From the NCBI GenBank assembly GCA_964502815.1, contig CAZCXV010000001.1, positions 71,907 through 135,906 of the forward strand: DNA of 64,000 nt, written 5' to 3'. The notes beneath the pieces were generated by a model, which saw only the letters and a program-made list of their open reading frames with translations, ran no database searches and was not told the origin of the DNA. Positions 1-8,793 of this stretch are shown here, one piece after another (positions within the stretch are counted from its first letter, which is position 1; each line of letters opens with the position of its first letter). The position numbers were made by a program, and so were the translations under genes. The stretch comes from an uncultured Gammaproteobacteria bacterium. GTDB lineage: Bacteria; Patescibacteriota; Microgenomatia; UBA8517.

Positions 1-1
1 C

Positions 2-739
2 CTGACGGCAGGACTTGACAATTGTGTTGGTGACTATGCAATTATTTTTTCTCTCTATCTTGATCCAATCGAAATACTTCCTGAATTAATCGCAAAACTT
101 AAATCGGGGTCAAACCTGGTTATTGGCAAAATGAAAAAAAATCCTGTCAAACTTTATGGCCCATCAAAGCTAATTGTCTCGATTGCTGAAAAATTTTCCA
201 CGACCGGCTGGATATATCGGAGTAATTATACTCTTGCTTTAGATAGAAAAGCCCTAAATTCTGTCATTAGAACCAGGAGAAAAAGTAGAAATTTTAGCTA
301 TATTAATTCTCTAATTGGTCTTAAGAAATCAACATTAAGATATATGCCAATCACAAAATATAAAAACCTGATTAGACGTGAAGATTTCTTCTCACTCATC
401 ACTACTATTCTTAATACTGCCATATCAAATTCATTTAAGCCAATAAGATATCTTAGTTTAATTGGCATGCTTTTTTCTTTTTTGTATATTTTATATGTAA
501 TCATTATTCTTATCTTGTATTTTTTCTTTGACCAAAAACAACTAATTCCAAAGGGTTGGGTAACCATATCAGTAGTACTAGGAAGTATGTTTTTCCTACT
601 CTTCTCAACTCTGTCTGTAATTTCTGAATATGTAATTAGAACCCTAATTGAAACAAGACAAGAACCATTTTACTTCATCTCAGAGGAAATAAATAAAACT
701 GAAATTTTGCCTAAAAAGAAAAGATTAAATATCATTTAA
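2..739 (+). CDS. GtrB/ArnC-like GT2 glycosyltransferase with 2 C-terminal TM helices, 5'-truncated by window edge; DxD motif degenerate
   Basis: Frame is open from position 2 (LTAGLDNCVGDYAIIFSLYLDPIEILPELI...), which aligns with the AGL..A.GD.VV.MDADLQDPPE region of GtrB-type GT2s. The C-terminus has two TM helices and GW..I....ISEYV.R...E....P.Y.I, as in 7869..8789. Confidence 0.8.
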   Translation: MTAGLDNCVGDYAIIFSLYLDPIEILPELIAKLKSGSNLVIGKMKKNPVKLYGPSKLIVSIAEKFSTTGWIYRSNYTLALDRKALNSVIRTRRKSRNFSYINSLIGLKKSTLRYMPITKYKNLIRREDFFSLITTILNTAISNSFKPIRYLSLIGMLFSFLYILYVIIILILYFFFDQKQLIPKGWVTISVVLGSMFFLLFSTLSVISEYVIRTLIETRQEPFYFISEEINKTEILPKKKRLNII

Positions 740-784
740 CACTTTCACTATTGGGTTCAAATCGGGTTCTTTACATTTAATATT

Positions 785-1291
785 ATGGAAGTAAAATTTA
801 TTACAAATATGTCTATCGAAATAGTACAAAAAGTTGAAAAGAAAATTCTCTCAGGGAATTTTCAGAATGCCGAAAACGGAGAAATCATAATGAACCAACT
901 TTTCTATTTAGGTCCAAATACAATTCTCCAAACTCATTTACACACTGGTATGGATGAACATGTTGGACTCGTAGAAGGAGATAGAGTTCTTCTTTACATT
1001 CAAAATGGTAACAACAAAGCTAAAAGAATTGAACTCATAAATGGTCAAACCATTCTCATAAAAGCTAATGTAAAACATACTATAGTCAATCCAAGTAAGG
1101 AAAAAGCCACATTGGCAGCAATAGGAGTTAAGAGAAGAAAAAATGGTGTAACCGAAATGCTTAATACTGAAAACCTTGCTATTACAGATAGCTATTGGCG
1201 ATTGATTGCAGATATTGACCCATACGTTGCTGAAGAAAATTTCAACAATTACATGGAGTCATTTTCCCCTCTCAATAGTGATAGAATCTAA
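785..1291 (+). CDS. Cupin-domain protein (possible sugar isomerase)
   Basis: Cupin metal motifs THLHTGMDEHVGLVEG and GQTILIKANVKHTIVN. Confidence 0.75.
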   Translation: MEVKFITNMSIEIVQKVEKKILSGNFQNAENGEIIMNQLFYLGPNTILQTHLHTGMDEHVGLVEGDRVLLYIQNGNNKAKRIELINGQTILIKANVKHTIVNPSKEKATLAAIGVKRRKNGVTEMLNTENLAITDSYWRLIADIDPYVAEENFNNYMESFSPLNSDRI

Positions 1292-1294
1292 ATT

Positions 1295-2884
1295 ATGAAG
1301 ACAGCTGTCATAGGTTACACAGGATTTGTAGGAAGTAACCTAATTAGACAACACAAATTTACAGATTTATACAACTCCCAAAACATAAATTCAATAAGAA
1401 ATAAAGCTTACGATCTAATTGTAAGTGCTGGCGCGACTGCAGACAGGAACATTGCAAATCAAAATTCCAATAAAGACTGGAGAAAAATTAAAACACTTCT
1501 GGATAATTTAAGATACGTTAAAGTCAAACATTTTATTCTGATATCCACTATCGATGTGTACCCAGACAAATCAAATGCCAATGAAGATACTCCAATAAAA
1601 GCAAAAAATTTAAAAGAAGCATATGGTAGAAATCGTTTAAAAATGGAGTTATTTGTTAAACGGAATTTTCCTAAAGTAACAATAATTCGCTGCCCAAACC
1701 TTTATGGAATAAATTTGAAAAAGAATGTGGTATTTGACTTAATTCACAATACGAACTTAGAAAAAAGGCATCGGGACAGCATGCTCCAATATTACAATTT
1801 GGATAACTTATGGAATGACATACAAGAAGCGATAAAAAACAACATTTCTACTATAAATTTATCAGTAGAACCAGTAACAATACGTGAGATCGCCAAAGCA
1901 ACAATGAATACGAAATTTACTAACATTTCCAAAGAGGCTCCCATGTTTTTAAATTTCAAATCTAAGTATGCAGACCTCTGGAAAGGTAAAAACGAATATC
2001 TATACAACAAGAAGGAAACACTTAGAGGACTCAAGAATTTTGTTTTGCAAGAAATAAAACAACTAAAGCGACCAAAGATAGCAATCTCAAATCTCGCCTG
2101 GGATCATTCAGAAGATGTGAAGGTTGTCCCTATACTGCAAAAATATAACATCAATGCAATTGAAATAGCTCCATCAAAAATTTGGCCAGATCCATCAAAA
2201 GCAAAAGTAAGCCAAATTAAAGATTATCGACAATTTTGGAATAAAAGAGGGATAGAAATAATTGCAACTACCCACCTATTATCACCTCACCCTGAGTTAA
2301 CACTTTTTGAAAACAACAAGACAAGAATAAAAAGTCTGAAATACTTAAAGAGTTTAATTAAAATATCCTCAATCCTTGGTGCCAAAGTAATGAATTTTGG
2401 TTCTCCAAAGAATCGTAGAAAAGGATCCCTAACAAACAAAGAAGCGTTTGCAATTTCTCAAAATTTTTTTTCACAAATAGCAAGGGAATGTGAGAAATAT
2501 AACATTAACTTCGCCTTTGAGCCAAACCCACCGATTTACGGAGGTGATTTTATCCATACAACCAAAGAGGCAGTATATTTAGCAAAAAAAGTAAAACATC
2601 AAAACTTTGGAGTGAACATAGATTTAAGCACAATGATTGAAAATAGGGAAGATTTCGAAAATACTATAAAACTTGCAATGCCTTACGCTAAACATTTACA
2701 TATAAGTGAACCTTATTTGGTCGCTATGCCTAAGAAAATATCTGCACATAAAATTCTTTCTCGCGCCATTGACAAAACTGGATTCACAAAATATCTGTCA
2801 ATTGAGATGGCTTTGGATAAGAAAACCAATCATCCTTTGCAAATTGAAAAGACATTAAAATTTATAACAAAAGTATATAATTAA
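1295..2884 (+). CDS. Fusion of an NAD-dependent epimerase/dehydratase and a xylose-isomerase-like TIM-barrel sugar epimerase
   Basis: N-terminal GYTGFVG Rossmann motif, ISTIDVY and YGRNR. After about aa 258 a second domain begins (KIAISNLAW...EIAP...FGSPKNR...FEPNP...NIDL...HLHISEP...SIEM), typical of AP-endonuclease-2/TIM-barrel sugar epimerases. Confidence 0.85.
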   Translation: MKTAVIGYTGFVGSNLIRQHKFTDLYNSQNINSIRNKAYDLIVSAGATADRNIANQNSNKDWRKIKTLLDNLRYVKVKHFILISTIDVYPDKSNANEDTPIKAKNLKEAYGRNRLKMELFVKRNFPKVTIIRCPNLYGINLKKNVVFDLIHNTNLEKRHRDSMLQYYNLDNLWNDIQEAIKNNISTINLSVEPVTIREIAKATMNTKFTNISKEAPMFLNFKSKYADLWKGKNEYLYNKKETLRGLKNFVLQEIKQLKRPKIAISNLAWDHSEDVKVVPILQKYNINAIEIAPSKIWPDPSKAKVSQIKDYRQFWNKRGIEIIATTHLLSPHPELTLFENNKTRIKSLKYLKSLIKISSILGAKVMNFGSPKNRRKGSLTNKEAFAISQNFFSQIARECEKYNINFAFEPNPPIYGGDFIHTTKEAVYLAKKVKHQNFGVNIDLSTMIENREDFENTIKLAMPYAKHLHISEPYLVAMPKKISAHKILSRAIDKTGFTKYLSIEMALDKKTNHPLQIEKTLKFITKVYN

Positions 2885-2893
2885 CAAATAGAA

Positions 2894-3682
2894 ATGAAAA
2901 TATATACCGCCGACTGGCAATTGCCAAAACATAAAGTAGTTGAACTACACCCAAAAAAGACACGGTACTGTATAGAAATCCCAGTAGTAAACGAGGGTAA
3001 TAAAATTAGAAAGCAGCTTGCAAAAATGAGGAACTATGCAAGACTTGCAGATATTGTGATTTTGGATGGTGGAAGCACAGATAGTTCAACTGACATAAAA
3101 TATCTCAAAAAAGTAAAAGTTAGAAGCCTACTTTTAAATACTGATACTAGTCCAGGAAAGCAAGGCAGAGATTTGAGAATGGGTTTTGCTTACGCACTTA
3201 AGCAAGGTTATGATGGAGTAATAACAATTGACGGCAACAACAAGGATGGCGTTGAAGCTATACCAAAATTTATTAAAGCACTAGATCAAGGATATGACTT
3301 TATTCAAGGCTCAAGATATATAAAAGGAGGTAAACACGAAAACACACCGATTGAGAGATATCTAGGAGGTAGATTCCTATTAACACCGATACTGAATCTT
3401 GGATCAGGGTATTTGTACACTGATACAACAAATGGATTTCGGGCTTATAGCAGAAAATACTTACTTCACCCTCAACTCAGGCCATTTAGGAAAATTTTTG
3501 TAACTTACGATCTGCTCTTTTATCTAACTGTCAGAGCTAACAGGCTCAGATTAAAAACAAAGGAAGTTCCAGTAACTAGAATCTATCCGCCTGGCAGGGT
3601 ACCAACAAAAATCATTGGGATTAAACTTCTGAATTTTGTTTTAACCGCTTTTAGAGCAGCACTTGGCGCATATAACCCTTGA
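2894..3682 (+). CDS. GT2 glycosyltransferase, polyprenyl/dolichyl-phosphate sugar synthase-like
   Basis: IPVVNEG, DGGSTD, TIDGNNKD, GSRY..GG, DTTNGFRAY, EVPVTR.YP. Confidence 0.88.
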   Translation: MKIYTADWQLPKHKVVELHPKKTRYCIEIPVVNEGNKIRKQLAKMRNYARLADIVILDGGSTDSSTDIKYLKKVKVRSLLLNTDTSPGKQGRDLRMGFAYALKQGYDGVITIDGNNKDGVEAIPKFIKALDQGYDFIQGSRYIKGGKHENTPIERYLGGRFLLTPILNLGSGYLYTDTTNGFRAYSRKYLLHPQLRPFRKIFVTYDLLFYLTVRANRLRLKTKEVPVTRIYPPGRVPTKIIGIKLLNFVLTAFRAALGAYNP

Positions 3683-3690
3683 GTAACTTT

Positions 3691-4551
3691 TCAAAGACCA
3701 AGATGTTTTTTTGTTAAAGTCCACCTCGGAATATTAGCTACATGTTTCACATATATAGCGCTTTCTGATAACTTTCCATACACAATGTAACTCTTGAGTG
3801 GACCATAGGGAGTTTCATCCAAGCACAGCTGATCCATTTCAGTTAATGGAACCGCAAGAGTACAACTTGATTCCTTTTTATCTTCTGCGTTTTCTCTGGC
3901 TTTGAGAATCTCTGTCACAGTTAGGCCTACTTCGATCAGACAATAGGCAGAAACATAGGCCATGTTAAACGCTCTCCCAAACCCCAATACTGTTATCCTG
4001 TCATTTGAGACTTTAGCACCATACTCTTCTTCAAAACCTCTAGATGCAGTTACTACAGGATTCGGATCTTCGGGTTCCGATTGTTCTTCAAAGCCAAAAG
4101 AGAGTCTTCCTTGATTTAATCCACCACTTTGAGAAATAACATTCAATAACACCTTTTTATCAGCAGTTACAATCAAACAAGCTGCGTAAAGACCGCTAGG
4201 AATCTTTGATTCCCGTGTTTTGACAAAATCCATATTCGTTTTTTGGAATAATTCAGGAGCAACGTGAGGAAAACCCCACAAGGTAAAATAATCAGTCAAT
4301 CGGGTTATAATCCTTACCTTACCATCTGCTCTTTTAATTTTCATTACAGATAATTTGTCGCCGTTAAAATCAGTAGGACGCTTCTCTTTGGTGAGCTCAT
4401 ACGCTTGTCTGAGAATTAAATTCAGCTTTAAATCAGAGATTCCCTTGATTTCAGGATTACCGGTGAGCTTTGGGTCATCTGAAATAAAAATTGAGATGTC
4501 GTTTTCTTTCCAACCAGAAATATTCTTAGTTACTATCTTTTCGTTTTTCAT
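3691..4551 (-). CDS. Nudix-fold hydrolase (NUDT22-like architecture)
   Basis: Nudix-box-like GFEEQSEPED...ASRGFEEEYG, preceded by LIVTADKKVLL; N-terminal FNGDKL...LTDYF segment. Confidence 0.6.
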   Translation of the reverse strand: MKNEKIVTKNISGWKENDISIFISDDPKLTGNPEIKGISDLKLNLILRQAYELTKEKRPTDFNGDKLSVMKIKRADGKVRIITRLTDYFTLWGFPHVAPELFQKTNMDFVKTRESKIPSGLYAACLIVTADKKVLLNVISQSGGLNQGRLSFGFEEQSEPEDPNPVVTASRGFEEEYGAKVSNDRITVLGFGRAFNMAYVSAYCLIEVGLTVTEILKARENAEDKKESSCTLAVPLTEMDQLCLDETPYGPLKSYIVYGKLSESAIYVKHVANIPRWTLTKKHLGL

Positions 4552-5377
4552 GCTTATTTTTAAATAGGTCCTTAAACAGCTGATTATAACTCAAGTCACT
4601 CCGATATTCAAAGAGTTCAACAAAAGTTTTGGCATAATCATATTTATTACCAGATTCAAAAAATGGTTTCCGATAAATCATTCCATAGGCCAGGTTTTTC
4701 TGACAATATGCATCAACCGCATCTTCCAATACAAATTCCCCTTTACTATTTCGAGTGCTCTTTTCAATATACTCAATAATGTCAGACTCAAGTAGATATC
4801 CATTGCCAAAACAATATGGTGAAACGGGGCCTTTATCACCCGGTTTTTCAAATATTCTTTTAACTTTAACCACATCTTTTGATATTTGTTCAACCTCAGG
4901 AACAGCATACAAATATCTTGCCCTATCAAAAAATGGAAACAAACATATAATTGGCTGATGCATTTTTTTGTATAATTTGATCATCTTTCCTATTCGATTG
5001 TCCTTTCTTAGTCCAAAACTATCCGCCCAAACTATGACAAACGGGTCATTTCCTATGTATTTTTTTGCATCAAGAATTCCTGCAGCGTTACCAATAAAGT
5101 CGTTTTTGTAAGCAACTGAGACTTTTATATTCTTTAGAATCTTTTTTAGATTCTCATCTTTAGTATTTGTAATGTAATCAAGAAGCAGTTGTTTATCTTT
5201 GCTGATAGCCAATATTAACTCTTCAATACCGTTTACCAAAGCCTCTTCCAACACATAATGAATTATTGGTTTATCAATCAAGGGAAACATTTCTTTAGGT
5301 AAAACAGAAGTAATGGGTAAGAATCGAGTTCCCAAACCACCGGCGGCAACAACTAATTTTTTCACTTTCTTTGTCAT
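4526..5377 (-). CDS. galU: UTP-glucose-1-phosphate uridylyltransferase-like sugar-phosphate nucleotidyltransferase
   Basis: GalU signature AAGGLGTRFLP...PKEMFPLIDKPII, plus EKP and GE..LEDA. Several active-site positions diverge (WADS), so the substrate may differ. Confidence 0.75.
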   Translation of the reverse strand: MTKKVKKLVVAAGGLGTRFLPITSVLPKEMFPLIDKPIIHYVLEEALVNGIEELILAISKDKQLLLDYITNTKDENLKKILKNIKVSVAYKNDFIGNAAGILDAKKYIGNDPFVIVWADSFGLRKDNRIGKMIKLYKKMHQPIICLFPFFDRARYLYAVPEVEQISKDVVKVKRIFEKPGDKGPVSPYCFGNGYLLESDIIEYIEKSTRNSKGEFVLEDAVDAYCQKNLAYGMIYRKPFFESGNKYDYAKTFVELFEYRSDLSYNQLFKDLFKNKHEKRKDSN

Positions 5378-5449
5378 AATGGCTATTTTTCTGCTTTACT
5401 CAACATTTTTAAACATGCTTCACAATTAAATCAACTTAATAGAAAAGAT

Positions 5450-6565
5450 TCAGTAATCTTGTTGAGTATATTCTTCAATTCCTTCCAGGATATCATAAAC
5501 ATTGTCGATCTTTCCTCCCATCACAACATGGAATCCTTTTATGCCATAATCTTTTTTAAAAAGTATTGGCCTACCATCGTTAACCTCATACTCTCTAAGC
5601 ACCGTTCGAACTTCAAAGAGAGATTGTTTATTTTCTATTCCTTTGAGTAGCGGTAAATATCTTTGAGCATCTTTAATCATAAAAATAGCATTTGACTTCT
5701 TTGTAAATTTTTCCAAATCCGGCCATTTGTCGGTCTTGCCATCATCATACCAAGTCTCGTGAACTGTATATCTGACATGATAGAGCGAATGCATATTTTT
5801 GTCCGGAAATGGTAGGGTGCCCCAAAACGGCCCGTCCATGACAGTTATGCCAATGTTTCTTAATTCCTTAGGTGCCTCATATAAAAGCATCTCTGTGAGT
5901 TCATATTTAAAGGAAAACGGTTCAAGTTTTGATGCTTTCAGAATTTTATTTATTTGTGAATAAGTACAATTGTAAACATTTTTTGCTGAAAAATTTCTAC
6001 CATTTTTTGTATTTACCAAAACTCCTTCTTTATATTGTGAAACATTTTCAACCGCATTGTTATAGAGTACTTCTATTTTTGTCTTTTCGATCCTTTCTTT
6101 TAGGATAGCTCTTAATTTTCCTGCATCGAATATTGCTTCATCGACATCAAACACATTCTCAATCAAACTTTGATTAAACAGCTTTCTGAATTTTTCATCA
6201 CTTTGTTTTATCTCACAACCAACTTGGTCACAAAACTTAACAAATTGACTGGCTGTTGTTTTCGAAATAGAAGCTCCAATTGCATATTTCATTGTCACCT
6301 TATCTGCTATAGCTTTTTTGAAGTCTTTTAAAAATAGTGGATAATTGGCATGTGATCTTGCAGCTGTCAAAAAGTTTCTGGGATAGTGATAGCCATTATG
6401 AACTCTTGCTTGATTATTGTATGAGGCTCTCTTAATTAAGTCTTCTGTCTTTTCGATTAAAAGTACCCTCGTAAAATACTTTTTGAGATAGATGGCAATC
6501 ATTGATCCAAACAAGCCACCACCGATAATTATGGCATCATAAATTTGAGCATCACTTTTTCTCAC
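5450..6565 (-). CDS. FAD-dependent oxidoreductase (DAO-like fold)
   Basis: IIGGGLFG dinucleotide-binding motif, ASYNNQARVHNGYHYPR, MDGPF, GGKID. Start moved from TTG 6583 to in-frame GTG 6565, which lies 8 nt after a TGnTATATT box. Confidence 0.88.
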   Translation of the reverse strand: MRKSDAQIYDAIIIGGGLFGSMIAIYLKKYFTRVLLIEKTEDLIKRASYNNQARVHNGYHYPRNFLTAARSHANYPLFLKDFKKAIADKVTMKYAIGASISKTTASQFVKFCDQVGCEIKQSDEKFRKLFNQSLIENVFDVDEAIFDAGKLRAILKERIEKTKIEVLYNNAVENVSQYKEGVLVNTKNGRNFSAKNVYNCTYSQINKILKASKLEPFSFKYELTEMLLYEAPKELRNIGITVMDGPFWGTLPFPDKNMHSLYHVRYTVHETWYDDGKTDKWPDLEKFTKKSNAIFMIKDAQRYLPLLKGIENKQSLFEVRTVLREYEVNDGRPILFKKDYGIKGFHVVMGGKIDNVYDILEGIEEYTQQDY

Positions 6566-6573
6566 TAAACAAA

Positions 6574-6582
6574 AATATAACA
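6574..6582 (-). promoter_or_regulatory. Putative extended -10 box (TGtTATATT) 8 nt before GTG 6565
   Basis: Minus strand reads tgtTATATTtttgtttaGTG. Confidence 0.5.
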
Positions 6583-6606
6583 AGCGAGAAGAAAATGCAA
6601 AACTAG

Positions 6607-7077
6607 TTAAATCGAAGTTAACTTGTCTATGTAAATTTTTAGTGAATTAATGTCGTCCTGTAAAAATCTCCACTCAGCACTATCAGAAGAAAAATTTTCT
6701 TGCAATTTTTCGATTTGAGGTATGTAAGCCTCCATTTGTTCTTTTGCACTACCAGCTTCACTTTTTAAACTCTTAGCCACTATCACCTCTGATAACTGAC
6801 CAGCAGTAGCTGAATACCTTAAAGTTGCCTTTTCAAAATAAAACATTTTTTTGTTTTCAACTATATAGGTTAATTCATCCATTCTCTTTGCAAGTAATTT
6901 ACTTAAATGAGCTGATTTTGCTTTAGCAGAGAATTTGAAGATTAATGTTACCTTTTCTTTTAATCTTTTAACTTTATAGCTCGAAGAATTATCTGGATTC
7001 ACATTTTCCTTTGCCTGAACCACTGGAGCGAAAAATAAAGGTAATAAAACCAACATTAATATCAAAAACCTTTTCAC
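6607..7077 (-). CDS. Exported helical protein, DUF5667-like
   Basis: Signal peptide (MKRFLILMLVLLPLFFAPVVQA), then YKVKRLKEKV.L.F.FS...K......L.KRM.EL. Paralogous to 30714..31280. Confidence 0.7.
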   Translation of the reverse strand: MKRFLILMLVLLPLFFAPVVQAKENVNPDNSSSYKVKRLKEKVTLIFKFSAKAKSAHLSKLLAKRMDELTYIVENKKMFYFEKATLRYSATAGQLSEVIVAKSLKSEAGSAKEQMEAYIPQIEKLQENFSSDSAEWRFLQDDINSLKIYIDKLTSI

Positions 7078-7086
7078 AATCTTAAT

Positions 7087-7821
7087 TTACACTTTTTGAC
7101 ACGAAAACACAATATGGCTGAAGGGTTTACCTTGATGTGGATGCACAATCTTCTTAATTATATAACCGTTCTGTTTTAGTGTCTTTGTCCACCCCTTCTC
7201 ACTTCGGTACTTAATTTTTGTATCAATTAACTTCCTTTCAAAAATAACAGGTACAGTAAAAATGTCAGTCAGCCAAGTAAAAATAAATTTCCACAATGGC
7301 TTCTCTATAATCTCAGCCACTACCAACAAACCACCTTTTTCCAACTTTGTTGAAATTATCTTAAGCATTTTTTCCTGTAACTTTCTTTGGGAAAGGTGAT
7401 GCAATACATGAATTAGTAAAAAACAGTCTGCTTTTGGCAAATCTACATCTAAAATGTCAGCATTCTGGAAAGACACATTTTTAATACCCTTATGCGCCTC
7501 CTTTATTCGTTTAATGTTCAATTCGATTCCCAGTACTTTTCTCTTATTTTCAAGAATCCCTAAGTAATTTGCCAGCAGTCCGTCTCCACTACCCAAATCC
7601 ACAATGAACCCTTTTTTAGGAACTAACTCAGCGATCTCCTCAAAAGGCATATCCCAAAGTCTGATTGTTTGGAAAAGTGACGTAAATTTATCTGGAGAAT
7701 CATCATATAGCGCAAGTATGCTTTGGATTTCCCCGCTGTAAGCTGGCCTGCCAAAAAAGAAAAAGTAAACCTGAAAAAACAGTCCAACTAAAAATTTCAG
7801 AGTTTGCCCCACAAATCCCAT
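7087..7821 (-). CDS. Class I SAM-dependent methyltransferase
   Basis: Motif I VDLGSGDG, LGIE, VLHHL, LEKGGLLVV. Confidence 0.88.
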   Translation of the reverse strand: MGFVGQTLKFLVGLFFQVYFFFFGRPAYSGEIQSILALYDDSPDKFTSLFQTIRLWDMPFEEIAELVPKKGFIVDLGSGDGLLANYLGILENKRKVLGIELNIKRIKEAHKGIKNVSFQNADILDVDLPKADCFLLIHVLHHLSQRKLQEKMLKIISTKLEKGGLLVVAEIIEKPLWKFIFTWLTDIFTVPVIFERKLIDTKIKYRSEKGWTKTLKQNGYIIKKIVHPHQGKPFSHIVFSCQKV

Positions 7822-7868
7822 ATGTCTAGTTTACTTCAAAGTCGAAAAAGATTAAACTTCAATCCAAA

Positions 7869-8789
7869 ATGGATATTTCTGTAGTTATTCCAGTTTACAA
7901 CGAAGAGAGAAACTTAGCTCCTCTTTGCAGGAGGTTGAAATCCACATTATCAAGATTTAGCAAAAGTTATGAGGTAATTTTTATAAATGACGGTAGTAGC
8001 GACTCTTCCCTACCGGAACTGAAAAAATTAAGAAAAGCAGATCGTAAAATTAAAATTGTTAGTTTTTCAAGAAATTTCGGTCATATGGCTGCTGTCAGTG
8101 CCGGCTTAAAGGCGGCAAGCGGTAAAAAGGTAGTCGTTATGGATGCCGATTTACAAGATCCTCCTGAAGTTATTACTAAAATGTACAGCAAAGCCAAGAC
8201 AGGATATGAAGTTGTCTATGGGATAAAAGAAAAACGCAAAGAAGGCATATTTAAAAGACTTGCATTTAACCTTTTTTATCTAATTCTTGACAAAGTAACA
8301 CATCTTAAAATGCCACTCAATGCAGGCACCTTTAGTCTACTTGACCGCAAAGTGGTTGATATCTTAAACGCTCTACCTGAAAGAAACAAATACTTCAGTG
8401 GTATGCGTATTTGGGCAGGATTTTCTCAAACAGGAATTACTTACGAACGCCAAGCAAGAAAAGGTGGTAAAGCGTCGTCCTTAGGTAAATTAATAAAGCT
8501 AGCTCTTGACGGACTTCTATCATTCTCGTTTCTACCACTCAGACTAGCCAGTATGTTAGGTTTTCTTTTTTCGATTATTGCATTCATATTCATCTTCTTT
8601 GTCGCCTTTGGTAGAGTAATTCTTGGAATTGGCGTTATTGGTTGGGCATCTACCATATCAGTAATTCTTCTACTTGGAGGGATACAACTAATTACTTTGG
8701 GTATTATCGGTGAATACTTAGCACGGATATTTGATGAAGTAAAGGCCAGACCAGAATATGTAATTAAAGAAAAAATTGGTTTTAAATAA
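7869..8789 (+). CDS. GT2 glycosyltransferase, GtrB/YkoT-type polyprenyl-phosphate glycosyltransferase
   Basis: SVVIPVYNEE, NDGSSD, FSRNFGH, MDADLQDPPE, two C-terminal TM helices, GEYL.RIF.EVK.RP.Y. Confidence 0.93.
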   Translation: MDISVVIPVYNEERNLAPLCRRLKSTLSRFSKSYEVIFINDGSSDSSLPELKKLRKADRKIKIVSFSRNFGHMAAVSAGLKAASGKKVVVMDADLQDPPEVITKMYSKAKTGYEVVYGIKEKRKEGIFKRLAFNLFYLILDKVTHLKMPLNAGTFSLLDRKVVDILNALPERNKYFSGMRIWAGFSQTGITYERQARKGGKASSLGKLIKLALDGLLSFSFLPLRLASMLGFLFSIIAFIFIFFVAFGRVILGIGVIGWASTISVILLLGGIQLITLGIIGEYLARIFDEVKARPEYVIKEKIGFK

Positions 8790-8793
8790 ACGC

